From Pseudomonadota bacterium (GTDB lineage Bacteria; Pseudomonadota; Gammaproteobacteria; GRL18): DNA of 46,928 nt. Made by a program: the position numbers and the translations under genes. Each line of letters begins with the position of its first letter. Position 1 is the first letter of the stretch. The stretch spans positions 1-46,928 of the forward strand of contig JADFVK010000104.1 in the NCBI GenBank assembly GCA_015222495.1, read 5' to 3'. The notes beneath the pieces were generated by a model. It saw only the letters and a program-made list of their open reading frames with translations. It had not been told where the DNA came from and did no database searches. Below, one piece after another: positions 15,278 to 26,090 of this stretch.

Positions 15278-16726
15278 TTATGAGTCGCTGTTTTTCATTT
15301 TTTCTGCTTCTTTACGACCCATGGGATCCGCAAAATCATCATTTAATGTTTTAACAAAAGTATCAGCTTCATTTCTCACATTATCAATAACTTTCAGAGC
15401 TCTTCTACCCCAGCCTGCTGGATTTTTAAAGAATACACTATACATAGGACCAGTGTTCTTTAGGAAGGCCGCAGCAATATTTCCAGGACCATTATCTGTT
15501 GGTAAAGTTTTAGCAATTCTCGCTGCAACTTTTCCACGCACCCAAAAATGAATAGCGCCCAAAACAGATAGGCCAACAATAGCAGTGAGTCCCTGAGCAA
15601 TTACATTTCGACCTAGTTCTTCCAGAATCATATCTGTAAAGCCCATATAACTCACAAATCCAAAGATAGATGCAATAAGTATAGTATAAAGAACAGCATC
15701 AGTTTTTAAAACAGAACTTGACCAGGATGCAATGGCTGTTTTAATTTGTGGTACTGCAGATTGTTCAATTTTATTGGCAATATTTTCTAAGGTACCAATA
15801 ATACGATAAACACGTTCAATTTTAACATCTTGCATACGGTTTAAAATTTCATTCATGTCAATATCAAGCTTGTTTTTATAACGTTTACGTAAATGCTCAT
15901 CATCAATAGGAGGAGCAATGCGTTCATTATAAATGCAATAGAAACGACCGGTAGATAGTCCTGTGGATACAATTGCACGTTGCCATGCTGCCACTACCTG
16001 CTCCGCATTATCTTCCTTAGCGGTAGAATCCATCTGGTTAAGAATAAACAAAAACTTACCGGCATCATTGCGCTGAATGGTACGTTTCACTAAATGATCC
16101 AACGTATCCTTCATAGCACCGGGTTCCGGATGTCTGGCATCAAAGAAAACCAAAACCAGATCGGCAAGATCCATAATATGATCAGTAATTTTTAGGGTGG
16201 AATTACGCTGTTCATCTGCATCAAACCCCGGAGAGTCAATAAGGATTTTTCCCTTAAGAGCATCTGTCTTACAGGTTTTTAGCTGTAAATAAGAGTCAAT
16301 GCGACTGCCCTCTCCTGCTGATACTTTTTCAATTTCCTCGCTAATTTGATAAAAAGGTAAACGTGGATCAGCATCTAAAGCAACGCCGGGTAATGTTCTG
16401 ATTCTGTCTTCCTGACTATAACTAATCACCGTAAACTTATCATCTACTGCCTGATTACCACTTAATTGTAGATCAACACCTAAATAAGTATTAATAAACG
16501 AAGACTTACCTGCAGAAAAAGTGCCTAAAACTGAAATTAACGGCCACCATGAAATAGTCGTTGCAAAAGATTGATTATCATTAAGTAAACCTAAACGATA
16601 GGCAATTCTATCGAGCTCCTGAAAAGTATCAACAGCATCAATGAGAATCGGGTTTTCTGATGCCAGATTTTCTTGCAGACTTTTTAATCTTGATTTAAGT
16701 ACATCATTAGGACCTGAAAAAAACAT
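15278..16726 (-). CDS. Dynamin-superfamily (EHD-like) P-loop NTPase with two C-terminal TM helices
   Basis: G1 GTFSAGKSS, G2 region AVDDKFTVI, G3 DSPG, LVFFDA, G4-like NQMD; hydrophobic hairpin near C-terminus. Confidence 0.88.
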   Translation of the reverse strand: MFFSGPNDVLKSRLKSLQENLASENPILIDAVDTFQELDRIAYRLGLLNDNQSFATTISWWPLISVLGTFSAGKSSFINTYLGVDLQLSGNQAVDDKFTVISYSQEDRIRTLPGVALDADPRLPFYQISEEIEKVSAGEGSRIDSYLQLKTCKTDALKGKILIDSPGFDADEQRNSTLKITDHIMDLADLVLVFFDARHPEPGAMKDTLDHLVKRTIQRNDAGKFLFILNQMDSTAKEDNAEQVVAAWQRAIVSTGLSTGRFYCIYNERIAPPIDDEHLRKRYKNKLDIDMNEILNRMQDVKIERVYRIIGTLENIANKIEQSAVPQIKTAIASWSSSVLKTDAVLYTILIASIFGFVSYMGFTDMILEELGRNVIAQGLTAIVGLSVLGAIHFWVRGKVAARIAKTLPTDNGPGNIAAAFLKNTGPMYSVFFKNPAGWGRRALKVIDNVRNEADTFVKTLNDDFADPMGRKEAEKMKNSDS

Positions 16727-16771
16727 GGGATCTCCACTAAATTAATAAAATATTAGAATTATAAATTACTT

Positions 16772-17377
16772 TTATCTGACAGGTCGAGGAAAAGGCATCG
16801 GACCGTGTGAGTTCGCATTTCTTCTTGAATTACCACCCCATGGAATCATTCCATCAAACATGGCTTCGCTTGGATTGGCAAGGGTATTATTCATACTCCA
16901 TATATCACGCTGCATACTTACAATTCCAGTACTGATTGTACTAATATTAGTACTCATGCCATCCACTCTATTACTGACATTCTTTGCAATCATAGTCATT
17001 TGTGTCGTATTATCAGACATAATAGGCATAGTATCAGAAACTGTTGTCGCAATGAGCTGCATATTACTCTGCATTAGTAACATATTTTTTGAAATAACTT
17101 TCATATTAACATTGACAGATTCAGACATTTTATTGACAGCCTGTGTCATTTGTCCCACATCATTACGCATAGCATGCATATCATGTGTTAAATTAAAAAT
17201 CAGATAGTAGCCATAAGCAGCTAAAATAATAAATGCAAATAGAGCTGTATATACAATTAATTGTAAACGCTGGCCTTTTACATCAGTTTCTTTTTTTCGA
17301 TCAGAAAGAGTATCTGAATCAAAGCCTGTAGCGACTTCATCTGATGTTAATTTATTATACAACCTTTTTATAGGCAC
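16772..17377 (-). CDS. Single-pass membrane protein with Met-rich heptad/coiled-coil region
   Basis: GTG start after GGAGAG; TM IVYTALFAFIILAAYGYYLI; long Met-periodic helix. Confidence 0.8.
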   Translation of the reverse strand: MPIKRLYNKLTSDEVATGFDSDTLSDRKKETDVKGQRLQLIVYTALFAFIILAAYGYYLIFNLTHDMHAMRNDVGQMTQAVNKMSESVNVNMKVISKNMLLMQSNMQLIATTVSDTMPIMSDNTTQMTMIAKNVSNRVDGMSTNISTISTGIVSMQRDIWSMNNTLANPSEAMFDGMIPWGGNSRRNANSHGPMPFPRPVR

Positions 17378-17453
17378 TTCTCTCTCCTAAAATTAATCCT
17401 TATTCTTACTAATAGCTTAATATATAGATAAGCTAAGGATTAACAATAATTTA

Positions 17454-18071
17454 TTACGAATAAACAATACTGGCAAACTTATTAACTTCTGCAGCAGCTT
17501 TTCCTTTTGGCTCTAATTCAAATACAGCAAGACCTTCACTAAAGGAACGCCGATAAGTTGTACGTTGACATAAGCGAGTAGATATTAAATCAATATGAGG
17601 TAACATTTTAAGCGCTTCTTCTGCTTCTCCTGTTTCTCTCACACCAAGGTGAGTATCTGCACGGTTAACAAATCCTAACATTTGCGGCATTTTCTTTTTT
17701 CCACGAATGTCCAAAACCATTTTTATAAAACGTTGCGTAGACCAGATATCAGCCTGACTTGGCGGTACTGGCACAATAATTCGATCAGTTATCGCTATTG
17801 CCTTTTCCATAGCATCGGTATCAGCTGTACCTATGTCTATTAAAATTTGATCAGCCTTTTCTGAACTAATTTTATTAAAAGCCTTGCTCACTGTAATATA
17901 TGGTTCATATTCATCTTCTTCACGAATATCAATCACATCACTTAGAGTTGCCTGGGGATCTAAATCAAAGATTTTCACCGTATTATCATTTAAAGCCAGC
18001 CAGACAGCCAGATTAAAAGTAACAGTACTTTTACCTGTCCCGCCTTTCAGGCTACCTATAACAGTAATCAT
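17454..18071 (-). CDS. Short ParA/MinD-family ATPase (orphan)
   Basis: Deviant Walker A KGGTGKST, DLDPQ, IVPVPPSQADIWS; no parB in window. Confidence 0.92.
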   Translation of the reverse strand: MITVIGSLKGGTGKSTVTFNLAVWLALNDNTVKIFDLDPQATLSDVIDIREEDEYEPYITVSKAFNKISSEKADQILIDIGTADTDAMEKAIAITDRIIVPVPPSQADIWSTQRFIKMVLDIRGKKKMPQMLGFVNRADTHLGVRETGEAEEALKMLPHIDLISTRLCQRTTYRRSFSEGLAVFELEPKGKAAAEVNKFASIVYS

Positions 18072-18141
18072 TGCTCAACCCCATAAATATTTCACTTCAG
18101 ATCGTCTTATAAATCCTGCTAAGGTGTAACAGGACAACAAA

Positions 18142-21100
18142 TCAATCATCCAAATCACCTTTTAATTGAATCCCACGTCGACTTTTCTTGACAACCTTTT
18201 TAACAACTGACTTTTTATCAGGTAAAGCCTGAGTAGCAACTGATTTCTTCTTAATGACAGACTTCTTTTTAACTATTTTTTTATTAGCTTCCTGATTTTT
18301 TTCTACTTCTTTATCTTCTGCATTAGTTGTTTTTTTACTACTATCTGATTTATCTATTTTTGATTTATCAGAAGTTTCAGTAACAACATTATCAGATGGC
18401 GTTGTAGTCGCTGCAGTATTGACAGTTTGACCAGCCGGCTTTATATTTTCAGGCGCTTTTTTACGTTTAAAAAGAACTGCATAAAGCCCCTGAAGAGCCC
18501 ACCATAACATTTGCACAGTTGTTACAATAATGTTAAATGCACTTACAATAATCATCCAAATAAATGAGCCTGAACTATCATCATTTTTAGATTTTTTATT
18601 TTCTTCCAGGCAGACATTATAATCAGGGTGATCATCACGCATATTCTGACAGAATGCATCTCGTCCACTATAACAACCTAGAGGGATAACAATTAATGTC
18701 AAAATTGTTGAAACAAAAACACCAAACATCAGTGAAACAGCCATACCCTGGAAAATAGGATCAAATAAAATAGCTGTTGAACCAACAACCAGTGCTAATG
18801 CAGTAATAATAATAGGACGGGTTCTGGTAATACAGGCCATAATAATAGCCTCTTTAATTTCAACGCCTAAAGAAATTTCCTGACGAGAATAATCTACCAG
18901 CAATATTGAGTTACGCACAATAATACCTGCTAAGGCAATGAAACCAATCATTGAGGTTGCGGTAAATTCAGCACCCATTATCCAATGTCCCGGAATAATA
19001 CCAATAAGAGTAAGAGGAATCGGTGAAATAATCACTGCAGGTAAAATAAAGTTACCAAACTCCCACACCACTAACATATAAATTAACAAAATGGCAATAC
19101 CAAAAGCCAAACCCATATCACGAAATGTTTCATAGGTTACTGTCCACTCACCGGTATACTCAAAACCACTAAAGCGATGCATATCTGATGAACTAGGAGG
19201 CCCCATAAAAGTACCACTGAGTTGTTCCTTGCGTGGTCCTAAATTTTCTTCCAGTTTAAGCATATCCTCTATTTCAAAAATACCATAGATAGGGGAAGCA
19301 AACTCTCCAATCACTTCACCCGTCACAAATTCAACATCTCTTAAATCCTTATGGTAGATAATTGGCTCTTTATATCCCTTGGTAAAAACACCTACTTCAG
19401 ATAAAGGCACACTACCACCCTGAGCAGTACCAACCGGTAGTTGGCTTAGATAATTAAAGTTTGCTCTGATATCTATCGGCAACTGTAAAACAATCATAGT
19501 CGGCTCTAATAAAGAACCATCCTTAATATCACCTAAAACAAAGCCGCCCATCGCCATTTCAAGTGTTTTGTTCACTGCATCAACACTCACACCTGAACGA
19601 ATTGCTTTCTCACGATTCACTTTGAAATTCCAGATTTCATAAGGCTTCTGAATTAAGTTATCCACATCAGTAATTGAAGGTGCCTGTTCAAATAATTTAG
19701 TCAGCTTCATTGCAACTTCATGCCTTTCCTGAGCTGTAGGACCATATACTTCTGCCACCATGGTCTGCAGAACCGGTGGACCTGGCGGCATTTCTACAAC
19801 TTGAAACTTAGGTGCATCAGTTTTTTTATAAATACCATTTTTAACTTTTTCCGCAACAAGAGCATTTAATATTTCTCTGACTTCAAGAGCAATTTGATGA
19901 CTGGTTCTATCACGTTCTTTTTTATGCAGTAATTGCACGTTCAGATCAGCTTGCCAGGGTTGCTGGCGTAGGTAATAGTGACGAACTAAACCATTAAAAT
20001 CATAGGGAGCAGCAGTACCTACATAGGATTGAATCGCCGTTACCTCTGGTAATTTTCTCACTTCTTCCGCCATTTGACGGGTCAGATTAGCTGTTACCGG
20101 AAGAGCCGTACCAGCAGGGAAATTAATCACCACATTAAAAACAGATTTATTATCCAAAGGCATCATTTTTACTTTAACAGCCTTAAAGTAAAAAAGGCTG
20201 GTACAGATAAAGAAAACAACAAACAATGCAATCAAGAAACTATTGCCTGCCATTTTACTTTCTATGAGTTTATTTAACAGACTTCTATAAAAGCCATCTA
20301 AACGTTTTACTGTACGATGTTCAACTTCTTCCATCTTATGTAAAGAAGCCATATCAGGTTTAAAACGAAGAGCCAGATAAGGAGTAAAAATAAAGGCTGC
20401 AAACAATGAATACATCATAGCAACAGAACCCAGAGCAGGTATTGGTTCCATATATGGCCCCATCATACCTCTGACCATTCCCATAGGCAGTAATGCAGCA
20501 ATAACGGTAAAAGTGGCAAGAATTGTTGGGTTACCCACTTCCCTCACCGCATCGGCCGAGGTCGCATCGGAGATTTCTCCATCCATTGCCCAGCGACGAT
20601 ACATATTTTCAACCACAACAATTGCATCATCCACCAGGATTCCAATAGAGAAAATTAAGGCAAACAAGCTCACTCTGTCAATGGTATAACCCATAATTAA
20701 TGCGAAAAAGGTGGTCACTAAAATAACATTAGGAATTACAATAAAACAAACAACAGCGGCACGCCAATTTAAAAACCAGAAAATTAATATGGTCACAGCG
20801 ATTGTCACAAGAGCCAGCTTAAACATTAGGCCATTAACTTTATCCTGAGCTGATTTACCATAATTTCGAGTAACAGTTACTTCCACATTACTTGGAATTA
20901 AACGCCCCTTCATAGATTCAACGCGTTCTAAAATTTTCTCAACAACACTGACGCCATTAGTACCACTTTTCTTAGCAATGGCTAATGTCACCGCCGGCAA
21001 GCCATTAGCACTTTTCTTTTCTATACTGGCAGCACCTGTGTAAAAATTGACAAGTTTATGAGCTTCACTCGGGCCATGATAAACATCAGCAATATCTCTG

Positions 21101-21915
21101 AGGTAAACAGGATTTCCATCATGCATTGCTACGACCAGGCTCTCTACTTCTCGTGAGTTATGTAAGAATGCCCCCGTATAGAGGCTAAAGTTTTTTTCAC
21201 CAGACTCGATATTACCAACTGTTTTCTCACTATTTGCCGTCATTATAGTACCGGCTATCTGCTCTAGTGTAATTTCGTAACCCGCTAACCGCTCAGGCTT
21301 TACTTCAATTCTCAATTGTTCCTGACGACCGCTGACGACAAAGCTTTTACTGGTAGCAGGAATTTCTTTTACTTCCTGCATAACATCCAGAGCGATCAAC
21401 TTCAAAGCAGCATCATCTAATGAGTCCGACCATAGGGTCAAAGTCATAATTGGCACATCATCGACACCTTTGGGCTTCACCAAAGGTTCAGAAACACCGG
21501 GAGGAATAATATCCATATTTGATGCCAACTTATCATATAGCTTAACCAATGAAGTCCCCATTTCTTCACCAACTTCAAATTGCACTGTAATGATAGCCTG
21601 ATCACGTGTAGAGGCTGAATAAACGTGATCTACCCCGGGAATCTCACTCATAATTCGTTCTAATGGATCAGCTACTAAAGAAGCTACTTGTTCTGTTGAT
21701 GCCCCTGGATAACTGACAAAAACATCAACCATAGGTACTGATATTTGCGGATCTTCCTGTCTTGGTGTTGCTATAAAGCCTGCAATACCAATCGCATAAG
21801 TTGCAATCAGAACCAACAAGGTTAGAGGGGAATGCATAAAAGTTCGCGCTAGATTTCCAGCCAGACCCAAATTCTGTTTTGTTTTTGAATTATCCATATA
21901 ACTAAAATCACTCAT
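18142..21915 (-). CDS. RND efflux permease (AcrB/CusA superfamily) with long C-terminal extension
   Basis: REDP-like RQEDPQISVP, GILVDDAIVVVEN, GIIVRNSILLVD, RTRPIIITA; K-rich tail. Confidence 0.95.
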   Translation of the reverse strand: MSDFSYMDNSKTKQNLGLAGNLARTFMHSPLTLLVLIATYAIGIAGFIATPRQEDPQISVPMVDVFVSYPGASTEQVASLVADPLERIMSEIPGVDHVYSASTRDQAIITVQFEVGEEMGTSLVKLYDKLASNMDIIPPGVSEPLVKPKGVDDVPIMTLTLWSDSLDDAALKLIALDVMQEVKEIPATSKSFVVSGRQEQLRIEVKPERLAGYEITLEQIAGTIMTANSEKTVGNIESGEKNFSLYTGAFLHNSREVESLVVAMHDGNPVYLRDIADVYHGPSEAHKLVNFYTGAASIEKKSANGLPAVTLAIAKKSGTNGVSVVEKILERVESMKGRLIPSNVEVTVTRNYGKSAQDKVNGLMFKLALVTIAVTILIFWFLNWRAAVVCFIVIPNVILVTTFFALIMGYTIDRVSLFALIFSIGILVDDAIVVVENMYRRWAMDGEISDATSADAVREVGNPTILATFTVIAALLPMGMVRGMMGPYMEPIPALGSVAMMYSLFAAFIFTPYLALRFKPDMASLHKMEEVEHRTVKRLDGFYRSLLNKLIESKMAGNSFLIALFVVFFICTSLFYFKAVKVKMMPLDNKSVFNVVINFPAGTALPVTANLTRQMAEEVRKLPEVTAIQSYVGTAAPYDFNGLVRHYYLRQQPWQADLNVQLLHKKERDRTSHQIALEVREILNALVAEKVKNGIYKKTDAPKFQVVEMPPGPPVLQTMVAEVYGPTAQERHEVAMKLTKLFEQAPSITDVDNLIQKPYEIWNFKVNREKAIRSGVSVDAVNKTLEMAMGGFVLGDIKDGSLLEPTMIVLQLPIDIRANFNYLSQLPVGTAQGGSVPLSEVGVFTKGYKEPIIYHKDLRDVEFVTGEVIGEFASPIYGIFEIEDMLKLEENLGPRKEQLSGTFMGPPSSSDMHRFSGFEYTGEWTVTYETFRDMGLAFGIAILLIYMLVVWEFGNFILPAVIISPIPLTLIGIIPGHWIMGAEFTATSMIGFIALAGIIVRNSILLVDYSRQEISLGVEIKEAIIMACITRTRPIIITALALVVGSTAILFDPIFQGMAVSLMFGVFVSTILTLIVIPLGCYSGRDAFCQNMRDDHPDYNVCLEENKKSKNDDSSGSFIWMIIVSAFNIIVTTVQMLWWALQGLYAVLFKRKKAPENIKPAGQTVNTAATTTPSDNVVTETSDKSKIDKSDSSKKTTNAEDKEVEKNQEANKKIVKKKSVIKKKSVATQALPDKKSVVKKVVKKSRRGIQLKGDLDD

Positions 21916-22124
21916 GTTGTCTATGTATATCTTACAGACATACTGATTTAACGTTATTTCCTACTTTCTATTATAAAACTGAGTAGGTAAATTATTTTAA
22001 TGCTATAAAAAGGCTCTTATCAAACATAAAACAGCCATGAGCAAATAAAGAGTACCTCTGTCTTATTTGCAGGAAAAACATGTTTGCAAAGCGACAGCAG
22101 CACATTTTTATTTGCTGACAGCTC

Positions 22125-23258
22125 TTATTTAATAGGATTTCCCGGTTTCCAGCCTTTTGGTGGGTGATCCACAATTCTATCACCCGGCTTTAAGCCTGAA
22201 AGAACCGTATAAGACTTTCCACCATCCACTTTCTTACCTAAACGAATAACATGTAATTCTGCAACATTATTATTGTTCATAACCAATACACTGGGTAAGC
22301 TGCCCATATGTTTCAAAATACTGGTTCTTGGAATAATAATGGAGCTTATAGGTTTGTTTTTAGTAGGAATAGCCACCTCAGCATACATACCAGGTACACC
22401 ACGAGTACCAATAGGTAAATCAAACTTAACTGTTACTGTATGCTTACTATTATTAGCCAAGGGATAAATCTGCGCCACTTTAGCCGGAATCATTCGACCT
22501 TCAGCATCTAAATAAGCACTGACGGTATCACCTACTTTTAGAGCAGAAACCAAGCGTACCGGTATTGCTGTGCGAATTCGAATATAATCCATATTTGCAT
22601 AGGAAATTAATGGCATTCCAGGCTGTACAGTATCTCCAACCTCAACCATCTTCTTGATAATAGTCCCTTTAAAAGGTGCTATTGAACGGGTATCACGAAT
22701 TTTAGCATCTATCTCATTAATAGCAGATAAGGCACTTTTTACACCGGATTTAGCCTGATTAACAGAGGAACTTTGATTATAAAGATCTGCCTGACGCTGC
22801 ACATCAGTGTCTCCATAGCCCATAGAGTCACCCATTTGCTTGGTAAACATCTGGTCAAACATGCCCGGCATGCCCATACCCGGCATCTGGGTAGCATTTT
22901 CACTTTGTGGGGACCATAGTTCCCTATTATATTGAACCTGAGAGTTTTGCAGGCCAGCTACGGCTTGATCGTAATGAGCCACAGCTGATTTTCGCTTTGC
23001 CATGAGATCTTCATCACTTAATGTCACCAGTAATGACCCCATTTCAAATGAGTCTCCTTCATTACCTGCTAGAAATTCAATGCGACCAGGCATTTGTGCT
23101 GATAAGGTAATTTCCTTATATGGTATAACACTTCCCCCAAGATAAACCTTGTCTGTTTCATTATTGGAACCCACTGAAATAATCTCACTGGAAAATACAT
23201 TTCCTACCGATAAGAGCCCAACACTGAGAATAAATATGCTGCTTAAACGCCTATACAT
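22125..23258 (-). CDS. RND periplasmic adaptor (membrane fusion protein)
   Basis: Signal sequence, lipoyl half-motifs (EGDSFEMG; APFKGTI..KMVEVGDTVQPG), PGMYAEV, VLSGLKPGDRIV. Confidence 0.93.
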   Translation of the reverse strand: MYRRLSSIFILSVGLLSVGNVFSSEIISVGSNNETDKVYLGGSVIPYKEITLSAQMPGRIEFLAGNEGDSFEMGSLLVTLSDEDLMAKRKSAVAHYDQAVAGLQNSQVQYNRELWSPQSENATQMPGMGMPGMFDQMFTKQMGDSMGYGDTDVQRQADLYNQSSSVNQAKSGVKSALSAINEIDAKIRDTRSIAPFKGTIIKKMVEVGDTVQPGMPLISYANMDYIRIRTAIPVRLVSALKVGDTVSAYLDAEGRMIPAKVAQIYPLANNSKHTVTVKFDLPIGTRGVPGMYAEVAIPTKNKPISSIIIPRTSILKHMGSLPSVLVMNNNNVAELHVIRLGKKVDGGKSYTVLSGLKPGDRIVDHPPKGWKPGNPIK

Positions 23259-23612
23259 ACTTGATACCTTTTAGCTAATTGTGTGATTTGATTATTTATC
23301 ATGAGTAATCGCATAGATATTAAAAAGTACCCATGGATAATCTTTTTTTAGTTATTATTATTAATTTTCAGTATAAGATATTAAATTAAAAAAGACCAAA
23401 AGTATATAAAACTTTTAAGTTATTTTAGCTTATAAATATATTGTTATATTATTAATAACTAATAATATATTGATTTTATGTTTCTATGAGTAACTAAGTA
23501 CTTTATTATTGGGATAAAAAAATATTTTAGGTTAAAATAAGCAATCAAAAAATTAATCAACTTGATTTTAATATTTCCACTTATTCCTCCAACCTTGAGA
23601 AAATAATTCATT

Positions 23613-25319
23613 ATGCGTAGTTCACAGTACTTTATCCCGACTTTAAAAGAATCCCCTGCCGATGCTCAGATAATCAGCCACCAGTTAATGCTTCGCTCCG
23701 GCATGATTCGAAAACTCGCTTCAGGACTCTATTCATGGTTACCTCTTGGATTACGCATATTACGTAAAGCAGAAGCCATAGTGCGTGAAGAAATGAATCA
23801 TGCACAGGCACTGGAATTATTAATGCCAGCCATTCAACCTGCAGAATTATGGGAAGAAACAGGTCGCTGGAAAAAATATGGTCCTGAATTACTACGTGTC
23901 ACAGATCGACATAATCGTGAATTTTGTGTTGGGCCGACTCATGAGGAAGTTATTACCGATTTGGTACGTGATGAATTAAAAAGCTATAAACAGTTGCCAG
24001 TCATATTTTATCAGATTCAGACCAAGTTTCGTGATGAAATTCGTCCACGCTTCGGAATTATGCGTTCCCGGGAATTTATTATGAAAGATGCTTATTCTTT
24101 TCACAGTTCTCAGGATTGTCTGCAAAGCACCTATAAAAAAATGTATGACTGCTATTCACGTATATTTTCCCGTATGGGATTGGAGTTTCGTGCAGTAGAT
24201 GCAGACACAGGTTCCATTGGTGGAAATGCTTCCCATGAATTTCATGTACTAGCTGACTCAGGAGAAGATGCTATTGCATTTAGTGATAAAAGTGATTATG
24301 CCGCCAATACCGAACTGGCGGAAGCTATTACTTTAGAACAACGTGCAGAAGCAACTGAAGCATTAAAAACTATTGATACACCCCAGCAAAAAACTATTGA
24401 TGAAGTCAGCCAGTTTTTAAAGGTTTCTACAAATAAAGTACTAAAAACCTTATTAGTCAGAGCCAGCGAAGAATGTGAATCTGATGTCGTTGCATTAGTA
24501 TTAAGAGGCGATCATGAATTAAATGAGCTTAAAGCAGAAAAATTAGCGTTTATTGCAGAGCCGTTCTGTTTTGCTGATGAAAATGAAATAAAAACAGCTG
24601 CCGGTTGTGATGCCGGTTCTATCGGACCCGTTGGACTTTCTATTCCAATTATTGTAGATCGCAGCGCTGCAGTGTGCAGTGACTTTATCTGTGGAGCTAA
24701 TACCAATGACAAACACTTATCCGGAGTCAACTGGAATAGAGATACCCGTTTTACTGACATAGAAGATATTCGCAGCGTTGTGGATGGTGATCCCAGCCCG
24801 GATGGTGAAGGCCATCTCAGTATTAAACGGGGTATTGAAGTTGGTCATATTTTTCAATTAGGTAAAACCTATTCATCTGCTATGAACGCCAGCATTTTAG
24901 ATAGCAATGGCAAGGCAGAAATCATGGCTATGGGATGTTATGGTATAGGTATTTCACGTGTTGTTGCATCAGCCATTGAACAAAATCATGATGATAAAGG
25001 GATAATTTGGCCCGCTGCACTTGCCCCTTTTAAAGTCGCCATTATTCCTATGAACTTACATAAAAGTGAGCGAGTCAGAGAAACAGCTGATCAGCTTTAT
25101 AGTGATTTAACTGCAGCAGGTATTGAAGTACTATATGATGACCGTAAAGAACGCCCCGGTGTCATGTTTGCCAATGTAGAACTCATAGGTATCCCCTTTC
25201 GCATCGTCATAGGTGAACGAAGTTTAGATAAGGGTGTATTTGAATTTAAAGGACGTACAGATAGTGAAGCCAAAGAGATAGCTATTGATGATATTGTACA
25301 GTACATTCAAGACTTATAA
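23613..25319 (+). CDS. proS: Proline-tRNA ligase
   Basis: [44 protein letters not shown]. Confidence 0.99.
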   Translation: MRSSQYFIPTLKESPADAQIISHQLMLRSGMIRKLASGLYSWLPLGLRILRKAEAIVREEMNHAQALELLMPAIQPAELWEETGRWKKYGPELLRVTDRHNREFCVGPTHEEVITDLVRDELKSYKQLPVIFYQIQTKFRDEIRPRFGIMRSREFIMKDAYSFHSSQDCLQSTYKKMYDCYSRIFSRMGLEFRAVDADTGSIGGNASHEFHVLADSGEDAIAFSDKSDYAANTELAEAITLEQRAEATEALKTIDTPQQKTIDEVSQFLKVSTNKVLKTLLVRASEECESDVVALVLRGDHELNELKAEKLAFIAEPFCFADENEIKTAAGCDAGSIGPVGLSIPIIVDRSAAVCSDFICGANTNDKHLSGVNWNRDTRFTDIEDIRSVVDGDPSPDGEGHLSIKRGIEVGHIFQLGKTYSSAMNASILDSNGKAEIMAMGCYGIGISRVVASAIEQNHDDKGIIWPAALAPFKVAIIPMNLHKSERVRETADQLYSDLTAAGIEVLYDDRKERPGVMFANVELIGIPFRIVIGERSLDKGVFEFKGRTDSEAKEIAIDDIVQYIQDL

Positions 25320-25887
25320 ATTTTATTATTGCCTGTTACTTTTCTTATCAGTAATAGCATCATCAGCACAAGCCATTGATTATCGCACCAAGATAGATGC
25401 TGAATTAAAGCATTTACTTAAAGAAGCTATTGAAGATACCTCCGGGTTCACTGATAGATTTGATGCAGAAGTCTGGTTATTGGATATGTCTACACGAATG
25501 ACCAAACAAGTCCCTGATCCCCAGGAGCGCATGGAAATTTTAAAAAATGTTCATCGCGAAGCCAGCCGTGCAGATCTTGAACCGGAGTTAGTACTATCAG
25601 TCATCCAGGTAGAAAGTAATTTTAAGCCCTTTGCTATTTCCAGCGTTGGTGCCAGGGGTCTTATGCAAATCATGCCCTTCTGGTTAAAAGAAATTGGCCA
25701 CCCAAAAGATAATCTATTTAACATACAAACCAACTTAAGGTTTGGCTGCACAATTCTCAGCTATTATTTAAAAATAGAAAAAGGTAATTTATTTCGTGCT
25801 TTGGGGCGCTATAACGGCAGCCTGGGAAAGTCTCGTTATCCAAACAAAGTTGATAAAGCTAAGCGGGAAAGATGGTACAAACAGTAG
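25285..25887 (+). CDS. SLT-domain lytic transglycosylase (true start probably a little downstream)
   Basis: [24 protein letters not shown]; common neighbour of proS. Confidence 0.92.
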   Translation: MMILYSTFKTYKFYYCLLLFLSVIASSAQAIDYRTKIDAELKHLLKEAIEDTSGFTDRFDAEVWLLDMSTRMTKQVPDPQERMEILKNVHREASRADLEPELVLSVIQVESNFKPFAISSVGARGLMQIMPFWLKEIGHPKDNLFNIQTNLRFGCTILSYYLKIEKGNLFRALGRYNGSLGKSRYPNKVDKAKRERWYKQ

Positions 25888-26001
25888 ATTAATTTAGTCT
25901 CTTAATGAAAATATTTAATACATCTATACAAAGAAATTAATTAAATATTTGATTATAAGAGACTTATCCTGCTCCTGTTTATCAGGGTTATGCTTATAAA
26001 C

Positions 26002-26039
26002 AAAAAATCCCGTAACAGATTTCTCTGCTACGGGATTTT
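26002..26039 (-). terminator. Rho-independent terminator of the globule-protein-like gene
   Basis: aaaaaatcccgtaacaga-tttc-tctgctacgggatttt stem with T-run on the minus strand. Confidence 0.85.
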
Positions 26040-26090
26040 CTCTTCAAATATCAAACCTAAGCAAATTGCTTAGCTTATTATTATTTGAAA

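Noticed and set aside
15135-15551. 138-aa plus-strand ORF
   Set aside because: Starts inside the structured repeat, crosses a terminator and is antisense to the dynamin-like gene.
21916-22124. Possible RNA element or 63-aa ORF between MFP and RND genes
   Set aside because: Only short imperfect stems (gcaaataa/ttatttgc) and an ORF overlapping the MFP end with no RBS or motif; not enough support.
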